From an uncultured Pelagibacteraceae bacterium (GTDB lineage Bacteria; Pseudomonadota; Alphaproteobacteria; Pelagibacterales; Pelagibacteraceae): DNA of 64,000 bases. Position 1 is the first letter of the stretch. Each line of letters begins with the position of its first letter. This document shows, one piece after another, positions 19,776 to 29,291 of the stretch. Made by a program: the position numbers and the translations under genes. The notes under the pieces were generated by a model, which saw only the letters and a list, made by a program, of their open reading frames with translations, searched no databases and was not told where the DNA came from. The stretch is taken from NCBI GenBank assembly GCA_902546085.1, contig CACCIO010000003.1, positions 2,885-66,884 on the forward strand. The letters are read 5' to 3'.

Positions 19776-20990
19776 CTAAATTATATCTTTATGCTTTTGT
19801 CTTTTTCTTATTACTTTAATTTTTGATCCTTTTATCAATAATTCTACTGGCTTAGGTCTTAAATTATAATTTGAGCTCAGTGACATTCCATAAGCTCCCA
19901 CATCACACATTGCTATTAAATCTCTTTCTTTTAACACTTGAAACTTTTTTAATGTAACAAATTTATCTGTACTCTCACAAATAGGACCTACAAATTCATA
20001 TGGTTTTTTTGATGTTTTGTTAGATTTTGTAACAGGTAAGGTTTTATGAAACGCACCATACAAAGCAGGTCTCATTAAATCATTCATTGCAGCGTCTAAA
20101 ATGATAAATTTTTTACTTCCACTATCTTTTATATAGATTATTTTTGATACTAATGTACCGGTATCCCCAATAATTGATCTGCCTGGTTCGAATATAATTT
20201 TAACTTTATGTTCTCTTAAAAATTTAAGTATGGCTGTGTTATATTTTTTATAATTAAGCTTTTTATTTTTATCTGTGTAGGTAATACCCATACCTCCACC
20301 TAAATCTATAAATTCAAATTTATGATTTGTTTTATTCAGAATTTGACTGACCGCTTTAAGCATTTTTTCATAAGGTCTATGATCTAAAATTTGACTACCT
20401 ATATGAACGCTAAGACATTTTAAATTTATATTTTTTGAATTTTTGCAATAATTTATAATTTCAAAGAATGTATTTTTATTTACGCCAAATTTATTTTCTT
20501 TTTTTCCAGTAGATATTTGACTTAATGTCTTTGCATCTGTGTTAGGGTTCAGTCTTACACCAATTTTTATCCTTTTATTTTTTGATTTTGCTATTCGATT
20601 TATTTCTTTTATTTCACTTAAAGACTCTGCGTTAATAAGCAAAATCTTTCTATCAATAGCAAAGCTGATTTCACTTGTTGTTTTACCGACACCAGAAAAT
20701 ACTATTTTATTTGGATTAATTCCTGCTTTTAGTGCCATCATCAGTTCTCCTACTGAAACAACATCAGCACCTAATCCAAATTTTTTAATTTCTCGAATTA
20801 TATTAACATTTGTGTTGGATTTGACTGCAAAGCATATTAGTGGTGAAAAAGATCTGAAGTTTTTTTTAAAATTATTAATATTTTCTTTTAATTTTAAGTA
20901 GGAATAAGAATAAAATGGTGTTCCAAATTTATTTGCAATTTTTTGGAGACTAATCTTTTCTATCGTTAATGTTTTATTTATGTATTTCAT
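19776..20990 (-). CDS. lysA: Diaminopimelate decarboxylase
   Basis: FAVKSN, HIGSQ, DLGGG, EPGR, GPICES.D, GAYG.S.SSNYN. Confidence 0.97.
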   Translation of the reverse strand: MKYINKTLTIEKISLQKIANKFGTPFYSYSYLKLKENINNFKKNFRSFSPLICFAVKSNTNVNIIREIKKFGLGADVVSVGELMMALKAGINPNKIVFSGVGKTTSEISFAIDRKILLINAESLSEIKEINRIAKSKNKRIKIGVRLNPNTDAKTLSQISTGKKENKFGVNKNTFFEIINYCKNSKNINLKCLSVHIGSQILDHRPYEKMLKAVSQILNKTNHKFEFIDLGGGMGITYTDKNKKLNYKKYNTAILKFLREHKVKIIFEPGRSIIGDTGTLVSKIIYIKDSGSKKFIILDAAMNDLMRPALYGAFHKTLPVTKSNKTSKKPYEFVGPICESTDKFVTLKKFQVLKERDLIAMCDVGAYGMSLSSNYNLRPKPVELLIKGSKIKVIRKRQKHKDII

Positions 20991-21121
20991 TAAGCTAAGT
21001 TAATTAAAACTTCTTTTATTTCTGCTTTTTTATCTGGATCTACGTATTTTGGATCATCTTTTTTTCCGCAAGAAATAATTGTACAAAATAACAATATAAT
21101 TATAGTAAATTTTCTAATCAT
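20990..21121 (-). CDS. Small lipoprotein, LptM/YifL (LPAM_2)-like, 43 aa (not in ORF track)
   Basis: Manual translation MIRKFTIIILLFCTIISCGKKDDPKYVDPDKKAEIKEVLINLA; lipobox IIS-C-GKK; ATGA overlap with argH and TAATG overlap with lysA. Confidence 0.85.
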   Translation of the reverse strand: MIRKFTIIILLFCTIISCGKKDDPKYVDPDKKAEIKEVLINLA

Positions 21122-22509
21122 TTTTCTTTTTTATATTTCATTATCATTTTTTTAATATTATCAAAAGAAGTTCCACCATAAGATTTTTTGGAATTAATTG
21201 AATATTTTAAGTTAAATACTTTTAATACATCCTCTTTAAGTTTAGGTTCAATTTTTCTTAATTCGTCTAAAGTTAATTCATTTAATTTCTTTTTTCTTTT
21301 TTCAGCAAAATTAACTATAGCAGCAGTTTTCTGATATGCTTTTCTAAAAGATATTGAGTGATTTTTTACAAGATAGTCAGCTAAATCAGTTGCTGTAGTG
21401 TATCCAGAATAAGCAAGTTCTAACATTTTATTCTTATTTGGATTACAATTTTTTAGTATTTCGTCAAAAATTTTTAAACAATTATTTAGATTATCGTTAG
21501 ATTTGAAAACAATCTCCTTATCGTCTTGTAAATCCTTGAAGTAAGACAATGGCAATCCCTTTAAAATTGTAAGCATCGAAAATAAATTACCATAAGCACT
21601 TCCTGATTTTCCACGCAAATACTCGAGAAGATCAGGATTCTTCTTTTGTGGCATTATTGATGATCCAGTAACAACTCTATCAGATAAATTGATCAAGTTA
21701 AAACCGTCAGAATTCCAAATAATTAGCTCTTCGGCAATTCTAGAAATATGCATAGCACACACAGATGTAGCGTATAAAAAATCTAATACAAAATCTCTAT
21801 CCGAAATTGTATCAATAGAATTATTAGTAGGTATTTTAAAACCAAGTTTTTTGGTTGTGTAATTTCTATCTATATTAAAAGATGTTCCCACTAAAGCTGC
21901 AACGCCTAAGGGATTTTCATTTAAGCTGCCTAAATTATTTGAAAATCTCTTTTTGTCTCTATTAAACATTTCTACATAAGACATCAAATAATGTGCAAAA
22001 GAGATAGCTTGAGCATTTTTAAGATGAGTAAATCCAGGCATAATAGTTTCAACATTTTTTTCAGCTAACTTAATTGTGCTCTTAATGACTTTATTAATAT
22101 TATTAATTGTTTCATTAGTTGAATTTTTCATCCAAATTTTAAAATCAGTAATTACTTGATCATTTCTTGATCTTGCAGTGTGAACATATCCGGCTTCTTC
22201 ACCAATAATCTGGAAAAGTCTCTTTTCAATATTCATATGAATATCCTCATATTTTTTATTAAATTCAAATTTATTGTTTGTGATTTCCTTATGAATTTTT
22301 GTTAGTCCATAAACAATTTTATTTTTTATTTTAAATGAAATTATTTTTTGTTTAAAAAGCATTTCAACATGAGCAATTGATCCTTGGATATCCTCTTTAT
22401 AAAGTCGTTTATCAATATCTATTGAAGTACCAACTTTTTGAAACAATTTCGATGCATTTTTTTTTATCCGTGTGTTCCAGATTGTCTGGTTGTTTTTATT
22501 TTTTGTCAT
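21118..22509 (-). CDS. argH: Argininosuccinate lyase
   Basis: EDIHMNIE, HTARSRNDQV, MPGFTHL, TGSSIMPQKKNPD. Confidence 0.98.
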   Translation of the reverse strand: MTKNKNNQTIWNTRIKKNASKLFQKVGTSIDIDKRLYKEDIQGSIAHVEMLFKQKIISFKIKNKIVYGLTKIHKEITNNKFEFNKKYEDIHMNIEKRLFQIIGEEAGYVHTARSRNDQVITDFKIWMKNSTNETINNINKVIKSTIKLAEKNVETIMPGFTHLKNAQAISFAHYLMSYVEMFNRDKKRFSNNLGSLNENPLGVAALVGTSFNIDRNYTTKKLGFKIPTNNSIDTISDRDFVLDFLYATSVCAMHISRIAEELIIWNSDGFNLINLSDRVVTGSSIMPQKKNPDLLEYLRGKSGSAYGNLFSMLTILKGLPLSYFKDLQDDKEIVFKSNDNLNNCLKIFDEILKNCNPNKNKMLELAYSGYTTATDLADYLVKNHSISFRKAYQKTAAIVNFAEKRKKKLNELTLDELRKIEPKLKEDVLKVFNLKYSINSKKSYGGTSFDNIKKMIMKYKKEK

Positions 22510-22533
22510 GATATTTAATTATACCTATTTAAC

Positions 22534-23043
22534 ATGAGATTTTTAATAATATTTATTTTTTTGATAACAAGTGTTGTAGCTGAAGAATTACCTAGTATTA
22601 AAAATATTGTAATCCATAAAGTACCAAAAACATATGATAATGTTATTTTTTTAGACAAAAAAGATCAAAAGATAAATATCAATGAATATAAGGGTAAATT
22701 ATTATTATTGAATTTTTGGGCTACATGGTGTGCACCTTGTAAAGAAGAAATGCCATCTTTAGACAAACTTCAAGCCAACCCGGAATTAGATAAAATAAAA
22801 ATTTTCGCGATTAATATTGGTAAAGAAAATTTAGATAAAGCTAACAAATTTTTTCGAGATCTTAATATTAAAAACTTTCAACCTTATTTTGATCCACCGA
22901 CAACATTAGCAAAAACGTTTTCTCTAAGAGGTGTACCTACATCAATTTTAATTAATAAAGAAGGTCAAGAATTTGCAAGAGTAATGGGTTCAATCGATTT
23001 TGAGGATAAAAATTTCATTGATTGGATTAAAAAGTATAACTAA
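22534..23043 (+). CDS. TlpA-family thiol:disulfide oxidoreductase
   Basis: LNFWATWCAPCKEEMPSL, signal peptide, GVPTS. Confidence 0.92.
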   Translation: MRFLIIFIFLITSVVAEELPSIKNIVIHKVPKTYDNVIFLDKKDQKININEYKGKLLLLNFWATWCAPCKEEMPSLDKLQANPELDKIKIFAINIGKENLDKANKFFRDLNIKNFQPYFDPPTTLAKTFSLRGVPTSILINKEGQEFARVMGSIDFEDKNFIDWIKKYN

Positions 23044-23243
23044 TTTTTGAAAAAATAAGCAAAGCCAACTAAAGCAATAATTGCAATAAACTGTAAAATG
23101 ACTCTTAACTGCATTAATTTATTTGAATATTTCTTACTTGTCTCTCCTCCCTTAAAAAGAGTTCCGATACCTAAGATTAAAACTACTCCTACAGCTATCA
23201 ACAGAGCTATTGATAAAACTTTTACTAATATTCCTGAAATCAT
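23040..23243 (-). CDS. HIG1-family twin transmembrane helix small protein
   Basis: VL.LG...F.GG......SNKLMQLRV.LQ; start set at MISG. Confidence 0.8.
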   Translation of the reverse strand: MISGILVKVLSIALLIAVGVVLILGIGTLFKGGETSKKYSNKLMQLRVILQFIAIIALVGFAYFFKN

Positions 23244-23291
23244 TTTTTTTTTAAGATTGTGTTTTGACATAAAAAACATAATTTATCTACT

Positions 23292-23942
23292 ATGACATTT
23301 TGCCTAGATTCCGTTATTATTAAACCAGAAAACGGTATTGAAATCAAAAATGCAATTATTTTGCTTCATGGTTATGGAGGTGATGGAAAAGATATAAGCA
23401 TGCTATCTCTAAACTGGAAAAGACATATGCCTAATACTGTCTTTATTTGTCCAAATGGTCATGAACCATGCGCTATAAATCCTTCAGGGTATCAATGGTT
23501 TGATTTAACAAAAGAGAATTCTGATTATATATTACAGCAATCAATTAAAGCTGAAGAAATTTTAAAAAAATTTATTAATGAAGTAAAACAAGATTTCAAC
23601 TTATCAAATAGTCAAATCTGTTTATCAGGTTTCAGCCAGGGATGTATGATGTCTTTAAATGTTGGTCTTACATCTGAAGAAAAATTTTTATGTATAGTTG
23701 GTTTTTCTGGAAAAATAATTAATCAAAAAGATTTGAAAAATAGAATCAAAAACAATACTGAAACTTTACTTATACATGGCGAAGCTGATCAAATTGTCCC
23801 ATCTACACACTTATTAGAGTCAAAAGATTTTTTAATTAGAAATAATGTTAAAGTTGATACATTATTAATTAAAAACTGTGATCATCATATTCCTATTGAA
23901 GCATCAAGTACAGCTTTAAATTTTATCTTAAAAAAAATTTAA
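23292..23942 (+). CDS. Phospholipase/carboxylesterase (alpha/beta hydrolase)
   Basis: LLHGYG, YQWF, GFSQG, HGEADQIVP. Confidence 0.9.
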   Translation: MTFCLDSVIIKPENGIEIKNAIILLHGYGGDGKDISMLSLNWKRHMPNTVFICPNGHEPCAINPSGYQWFDLTKENSDYILQQSIKAEEILKKFINEVKQDFNLSNSQICLSGFSQGCMMSLNVGLTSEEKFLCIVGFSGKIINQKDLKNRIKNNTETLLIHGEADQIVPSTHLLESKDFLIRNNVKVDTLLIKNCDHHIPIEASSTALNFILKKI

Positions 23943-23989
23943 CATCTCTAATTATTGATAAAATTGTTTAACTAAGTTAAAATTAATTA

Positions 23990-24559
23990 ATGAATAACTT
24001 TATCGAACAAGATGTTTCATTAGAAAAATGCCCTGCGCTAGTACTGAATGCAGACTATAGACCTTTGAGTTACTACCCTTTGTCTTTGTGGTCATGGCAG
24101 GATACAGTTAAATCTGTTTTTCTTGATCGAGTTATTATTGTCAGTAATTACGATAGAACAATAAGAAGTCCATCATTTAATATGAAATTACCAAGTGTTA
24201 TCGCATTAAAGGATTATATTGTTCCTCAAAGCAAGCCAAGTTTTACTAGATTTAATGTTTTTTTAAGAGATAAATTTTCCTGCCAATATTGTGGAAGCAA
24301 TGAGGAGTTAACTTTTGATCACTTATTACCTAGATCAAAAGGGGGTGAAACTAATTGGGATAATGTTGTAACAGCTTGTTCTGCATGCAATGTAAAAAAG
24401 GGTGGAAAACTTTTAAAATATTCAGGTATGAAGTTACATCAGTACCCTTATCGACCGTCAACAGAGGATCTACATAAAAATGGTAAAAATTTTCCACCAA
24501 ATTTTTTACATAAAAGTTGGATGGATTATTTGTATTGGGATGTAGAACTAGAAACTTAG
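23990..24559 (+). CDS. HNH endonuclease (conserved stand-alone type)
   Basis: LVLNADY.PL, RD.F.CQYCG, TFDH..PRS.GG...W.NVV.AC..CN..K. Confidence 0.9.
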   Translation: MNNFIEQDVSLEKCPALVLNADYRPLSYYPLSLWSWQDTVKSVFLDRVIIVSNYDRTIRSPSFNMKLPSVIALKDYIVPQSKPSFTRFNVFLRDKFSCQYCGSNEELTFDHLLPRSKGGETNWDNVVTACSACNVKKGGKLLKYSGMKLHQYPYRPSTEDLHKNGKNFPPNFLHKSWMDYLYWDVELET

Positions 24560-25089
24560 ATTTTTTCAGAAATATTTATTGCAATTTTCGATCCTGTTTT
24601 AATAATTTTGTCTAATATTGAGTATGGACCATTTTTTGTTGCACCTTTTTCATAGGCAATATCTTTATGATTTAATTCGTCTTCTCTAAATTTAATTATT
24701 TTCTTTTTAAGTTTTGGTTCACTATTATCAAGTTGTTTTATCTGGTTTAAATAATGCTCATCTATTACTTCTTCAACAGAAGCAGTACAAAGCATAGCCG
24801 CTTTCTTTCCAAGCAAAGTTGAACTAAAACCTAATCCTACTCCTAATAAATCCCATAAGGGTAAAAATTTTGTTGGTTTTATATTTCTCTTTTTAATCTC
24901 TTTTTCAAAAAACTCAGAATGTTCTTTTTCATGAACTTTCATTTCTTCAATTACCTTTTTTAAAGCTTCATCTTTAACCAATGTGTTTAAAGCAAGCAAC
25001 TGTCCTTCATAAATTTTAACAGCACCACGTTCTCCCGCATGATCAACTCTAATAAACTCTTCTATTCTTTTTTTACTTATTGTTTCCAT
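24556..25089 (-). CDS. coq7: Demethoxyubiquinone hydroxylase (Coq7, di-iron)
   Basis: IRVDHAGE.GA..IY.GQ, E..H, CT..VE..I..HY..Q, DE..H. Confidence 0.92.
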   Translation of the reverse strand: METISKKRIEEFIRVDHAGERGAVKIYEGQLLALNTLVKDEALKKVIEEMKVHEKEHSEFFEKEIKKRNIKPTKFLPLWDLLGVGLGFSSTLLGKKAAMLCTASVEEVIDEHYLNQIKQLDNSEPKLKKKIIKFREDELNHKDIAYEKGATKNGPYSILDKIIKTGSKIAINISEKI

Positions 25090-25558
25090 AATTTAAATAA
25101 GCTTTTGTTGTAAAATAAACAATTAATATTGATATTATTATATTATAGCTTGTAAGTGATAATCCTAAAATTTTAAATGTAACATCTTTGCAACTTACAT
25201 TTTTTTCTTGTAATTGTCTTAATATGTCTTCTTTTGACAGTAAATTGGAGCCATTTTTTAAATCACAAACTAATGATTCTTCAATAAAACCTTGCTCAAT
25301 ACCCAAATGATATAAAGATAAAATTGTAGCAGCTGAAAAAATTAAACTAAGAGAAAGAATGAAATATTTTTCAAGACTTATAAATTTATAATTTAATACA
25401 ATAATTATTAATGCTATTAGGTATGGAATTCTTTCCAGTATACATAAGTTACAAGGTTGATGACCTAGAAGATATTCAATAAAAAATGCCGAAGTTAGAG
25501 CAAGAATACTAATTAAAAAAATTAATTTTAATATAATTGTTTTGTTAATCTCAATCAT
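25073..25558 (-). CDS. dsbB: Disulfide bond formation protein B family
   Basis: PCNLCILER.PY, second Cys pair, TM helices. Confidence 0.85.
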   Translation of the reverse strand: MIEINKTIILKLIFLISILALTSAFFIEYLLGHQPCNLCILERIPYLIALIIIVLNYKFISLEKYFILSLSLIFSAATILSLYHLGIEQGFIEESLVCDLKNGSNLLSKEDILRQLQEKNVSCKDVTFKILGLSLTSYNIIISILIVYFTTKAYLNYGNNK

Positions 25559-26156
25559 TAAATTTAAAGAATAAATAAATAATAATAAATATTATAACTA
25601 TAATAATTCCAATAATCGTGAACCATTTTGATCCATGTTTTTCCATGTATTCTGTAAATAGCTCCCCAAATTTATAAGATAAAAAAGCAACTATAAAAAA
25701 TCTCAGACTTCTTGAAATTAAGCTAACAATTATAAAAATAGGAAGATTAAAAGCAATTAAACCACTTGAAATCGTGAAGGCTTTATAAGGTAATGGTGTA
25801 AAACCTGCTAAAAATAGAATACTAAGCCATGTAAGGAATCCACTACCTTGAGACATGCTCAATTTCAAATTTTCAACTTTATCTTCATAACCATAAAATT
25901 CGATTACATAAATTGCTAAATCAAAAAATAAATAACCTATTAAATATCCAAAGATACCTCCAAGAACTGAAAATATTGATGCTATTAAGAATATTTTCAA
26001 ATATTCCTTTTTTTTAGCAATAACCATCGGGATTATCATTGCATCTGGAGGTATGGGAAAAAAAGAACTTTCTATAAAAGACACAAGCCCCAAATAAAAA
26101 TTCGAACTTTTATGTGCAGCTAATTCTAAACATTTTTTGTAAAGTCTTTGAAACAT
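25551..26156 (-). CDS. YqaA/DedA (SNARE-associated) family membrane protein
   Basis: SFIESSFFPIPPD, GFTPLPYK, SR.LRF. Confidence 0.9.
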   Translation of the reverse strand: MFQRLYKKCLELAAHKSSNFYLGLVSFIESSFFPIPPDAMIIPMVIAKKKEYLKIFLIASIFSVLGGIFGYLIGYLFFDLAIYVIEFYGYEDKVENLKLSMSQGSGFLTWLSILFLAGFTPLPYKAFTISSGLIAFNLPIFIIVSLISRSLRFFIVAFLSYKFGELFTEYMEKHGSKWFTIIGIIIVIIFIIIYLFFKFND

Positions 26157-26217
26157 TTTTTGGTTTTAATATAAATTTAGTTCTTATACTATTAAATATA
26201 ATTTAATTGAATATAAA

Positions 26218-26302
26218 GGGCGAATGGCGGAACTGGTAGACGCGCACGACTCAAAATCGTGTTTCGTAAGAAGTGAGAGTTCGATTCTCTCTTCGCCCAC
26301 CA
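26218..26302 (+). tRNA. tRNA-Leu(CAA)
   Basis: Acceptor gggcgaa/ttcgccc, anticodon arm cacga-ctCAAaa-tcgtg, long variable arm, encoded CCA. Confidence 0.97.
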
Positions 26303-26309
26303 TGTAATT

Positions 26310-28040
26310 ATGAATATAAATAATTTAAATAATTTAATCGAATTATTTGTTAATCAAGCAAATAAACAAAATAAAAAAGATATTTTTTTAGAATGGCTAA
26401 ATCCAAGTAATAAAAAATTATATACATGGGAACAAACTGAAAAGAATATATTAAAATTATCAAAAGTTATTAAAGAAAATATAAAAGAAGGTGATAGATG
26501 TCTTTTAGTTTCAGAGAATAGACCTGAGTGGTTTGTGTCTGATTTAGCTATAATGTTAGCTGGTGGAATTACTGTACCAGCATATACAACATATATTGAA
26601 GATGATTATAAGTATTTGATTGAAGACTGTGAACCTAGCTTAGTTATTGTTTCTAATAACGAAATGCTAAAAAAATTGCATAACTTAATTAATGAAAAAG
26701 ATTTTATAAATAAAGTTGTTACTTTAGATCAAATAGATAACGTAATAAATAACTTAAATATAAACAACAAAGAAAAATATTTAGATTATAATTCTATAAC
26801 AAAAAATAATTCATTAGCAGAAGATAAAATTGAAAATAACAAATTAAAAAGAAATTCTCCTGCATGCATTATTTATACTTCAGGAACTGGTGGGAATCCT
26901 AAGGGAGTAATCTTAAGTCATGGTGGAATTTTGAATAATGTTGAGGGATCGATAGAAATTCTAAAACCATTATTTAACTCAAAAATAGTATTTTTAACTT
27001 GGCTTCCTCTTTCTCACTCTTATGAGCATTGTCTTCAATTTGTCCAGATAGCAGTTGGAGCTAAAGTATTCTATGCTGAAAAAATTGAAAAACTTCTAGA
27101 AAATATATCTGAAGCAAAACCTAGAATTATGACAGCTGTTCCAAGGTTCTATCAGAACCTTTACAACAAAATAAACATGAATTTAAAAAAACAAACAGGT
27201 TTTAAAGCTAAATTAATTGAAGCAACTATTCGTTTGGGGAGAAAAAAACTATTAAATCAAAAAATGACTGTATCTGAAAAATTGCTTGATTTGATAGTTG
27301 AAAAATTAGTAAGAAAAAAAATAAAAAAACAATTTGGTGGAAATTTACAAGCTTTCGTCTCAGGCGGTGGTGCTCTAGATAAAGAAATAGGTGAATTTTT
27401 AAATGCCATAGGATTACCGACCCTCCAAGGTTATGGTTTAACAGAAACTTCACCAGTAGTAAGTTGTAATCCAATACATAAAATAAAAGTAGAAACTGTA
27501 GGCCCTCCATTTAAAGGGAATCAGGTTAAAATTGCCGAAGATGGAGAAATTTTAGTTAAAGGTGAAAATGTAATGTTAGGATATTGGAACAAAAAAGAGG
27601 AAACTGAAAAAGTAATAATAAATGGATGGCTTCATACAGGCGATATTGGAGAGATAGATCCACATGATGGTTATTTAAAAATTACTGATAGAAAAAAAGA
27701 TATCATAGTAAGTGCTGGAGGAGATAATATTTCACCAGCTAAAATTGAAAATATGATTACAAATGAGCCAGAGATAGATCAATGTATGGTTTATGGAGAT
27801 AAAAAAAATTATTTAGTTGCTTTAATAGTACCTAATAAAGATTTTTTAAATGAAAAAGAGAAAATTAATAATGTAATTGAAAAAATAAATACAAAATTAA
27901 CTTTATTAGAAAAGATAAAAAAAATTCAATTAATAGATGAAAATTTTTCTATCGAAAATGGTTTAATGACACCAACAATGAAAGTAAAAAGAAAAAAAGT
28001 TACTGAAAAATATAAAAATCAGCTAGAAAATCTTTATTAA
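26310..28040 (+). CDS. Long-chain-fatty-acid--CoA ligase (AMP-dependent synthetase)
   Basis: IIYTSGTGGNPKGV, QGYGLTETSP, GWLHTGDIG, LMTPTMKVKR. Confidence 0.93.
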   Translation: MNINNLNNLIELFVNQANKQNKKDIFLEWLNPSNKKLYTWEQTEKNILKLSKVIKENIKEGDRCLLVSENRPEWFVSDLAIMLAGGITVPAYTTYIEDDYKYLIEDCEPSLVIVSNNEMLKKLHNLINEKDFINKVVTLDQIDNVINNLNINNKEKYLDYNSITKNNSLAEDKIENNKLKRNSPACIIYTSGTGGNPKGVILSHGGILNNVEGSIEILKPLFNSKIVFLTWLPLSHSYEHCLQFVQIAVGAKVFYAEKIEKLLENISEAKPRIMTAVPRFYQNLYNKINMNLKKQTGFKAKLIEATIRLGRKKLLNQKMTVSEKLLDLIVEKLVRKKIKKQFGGNLQAFVSGGGALDKEIGEFLNAIGLPTLQGYGLTETSPVVSCNPIHKIKVETVGPPFKGNQVKIAEDGEILVKGENVMLGYWNKKEETEKVIINGWLHTGDIGEIDPHDGYLKITDRKKDIIVSAGGDNISPAKIENMITNEPEIDQCMVYGDKKNYLVALIVPNKDFLNEKEKINNVIEKINTKLTLLEKIKKIQLIDENFSIENGLMTPTMKVKRKKVTEKYKNQLENLY

Positions 28041-28160
28041 AAAATTTAAATCAAGTTGTTTATTAACCGCATAAACATTAACTAAATTAATAGAAAAAAG
28101 TTTTATAAAAATAAAAAATTAAAAATAATTTTTTCAAAATTTTATCTTTTAATTAATTAA

Positions 28161-28189
28161 TTGACATAACTTATAGAAAAAAATAAAAA
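28161..28189 (+). promoter_or_regulatory. Promoter of the basic mini-protein gene
   Basis: Perfect TTGACA, 17-bp spacer, TAAAAA (no -7T); long AT-rich tract upstream. Confidence 0.6.
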
Positions 28190-28192
28190 TAT

Positions 28193-28223
28193 GTTAACAG
28201 CGAATCAATTTGATTCGTTTAAC
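28193..28223. promoter_or_regulatory. Inverted repeat with paired GANTC sites in 5' leader
   Basis: gttaa-ca-gcGAATCa-att-tGATTCgt-ttaac. Confidence 0.6.
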
Positions 28224-28241
28224 TAAAAAAGGGAGCTAAAG

Positions 28242-28334
28242 ATGCCTAAGAAAAGAAAAAAAGCGGCAAAGAAAACTAAGAAAAAAGCTAAGAAAAAAGC
28301 TAAGAAAAAAGCAAAAAAAAGAAGAAGAAAATAG
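28242..28334 (+). CDS. 30-aa Lys/Arg/Ala-rich protamine/histone H1-like mini-protein (not in ORF track)
   Basis: MPKKRKKAAKKTKKKAKKKAKKKAKKRRRK; RBS GGGAG 6 nt before ATG; own promoter and terminator. Confidence 0.85.
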   Translation: MPKKRKKAAKKTKKKAKKKAKKKAKKRRRK

Positions 28335-28352
28335 TAACTTAGTATTCTTTAC

Positions 28353-28395
28353 AAAAAACGCTTCTCATTACAGTTTGTGTGAGAGGCGTTTTTTT
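28353..28395. terminator. Bidirectional intrinsic terminator between mini-protein and carD
   Basis: aaaaaacgcttctca...tgagaggcgttttttt hairpin with A/T tracts on both sides. Confidence 0.88.
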
Positions 28396-29291
28396 TACTC
28401 ATCAATCGGTTCGTCGCTATCAGAAATTGGCTCGTCCACAGGTAGATCTCTAGCTGGAGTTTTTGCAGCTGTCACTGGTTGGGGTTGTCCTCCTAAATTT
28501 CTTTTTAGTGCTTTATCTAGTTTTTTTTGAGTGTCTTCTAAAGATACATTTAAAACAATCTGAAATTCAGATAGAATTCTTTCATAAGCTTTTTCAAATA
28601 GTTGTCTTTCACTATAAGACTGATCAACCATAAGATCATCACCTTTATTTAAATCTCTTACAACCTCAGCTAATTCATATATTTTTCCAGAAGATATTTT
28701 AGCTTCATATTCTTGTGCTCTTCGACTCCACATTGATCTTTTAATTTTTGGTTTACTTTTTAATATTGAAATACACTTGTTAACTTGGTTAATAGTTGCT
28801 AATGGCCTTAAGTGAGACTGCTTGTTTACAGGGACCATACCATTAGCTTTGTCTTTTTCAAATTTGATAACATATGTTTCAACATCAATTCCACCAATGT
28901 TAATTTTTTTAAATTCAGTAATTTGACCTACACCATGTTTTGGATAAACAACATGATCTTTAATCTTGTATTCTCTTTTTTCAGTTTCTTGTTTTTTTAC
29001 TTTTTTAATTTCAGGCTTAACTTCATTTGTTTTTGAAATTCTTAAATTAACATCTTTTGGATCAGCAGTTGTTTCTGCAACTTTAATATTTTTTTTGGTT
29101 TTTGTTACTTTAGCCGAGATCTTTTTAAGAACTTTTTTGGTTTTTTTTGAAATTATTTTTTTAGCTTTTTTAGCTTTTACAGTTTTTTTTGTTTTGACAA
29201 CTTTCTTTTTAGAAACTTTTTTTTTCACTGTTTTATCTGTTTTACCTTTAAAGATTTTCTTTAAAATATTTTTCGTACTTATTTTGCTCAT
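28395..29291 (-). CDS. carD: CarD family transcriptional regulator with long Lys-rich N-terminal extension and acidic tail
   Basis: [40 protein letters not shown]; start uncertain (MSK at 29291 chosen). Confidence 0.92.
   Translation of the reverse strand: MSKISTKNILKKIFKGKTDKTVKKKVSKKKVVKTKKTVKAKKAKKIISKKTKKVLKKISAKVTKTKKNIKVAETTADPKDVNLRISKTNEVKPEIKKVKKQETEKREYKIKDHVVYPKHGVGQITEFKKINIGGIDVETYVIKFEKDKANGMVPVNKQSHLRPLATINQVNKCISILKSKPKIKRSMWSRRAQEYEAKISSGKIYELAEVVRDLNKGDDLMVDQSYSERQLFEKAYERILSEFQIVLNVSLEDTQKKLDKALKRNLGGQPQPVTAAKTPARDLPVDEPISDSDEPIDE

Noticed and set aside
23990-24559. HNH endonuclease as a mobile element or defence/CRISPR effector
   Set aside because: No repeats, methylase, RNA element or insertion boundaries; it resembles the widespread stand-alone chromosomal HNH family and overlaps core genes
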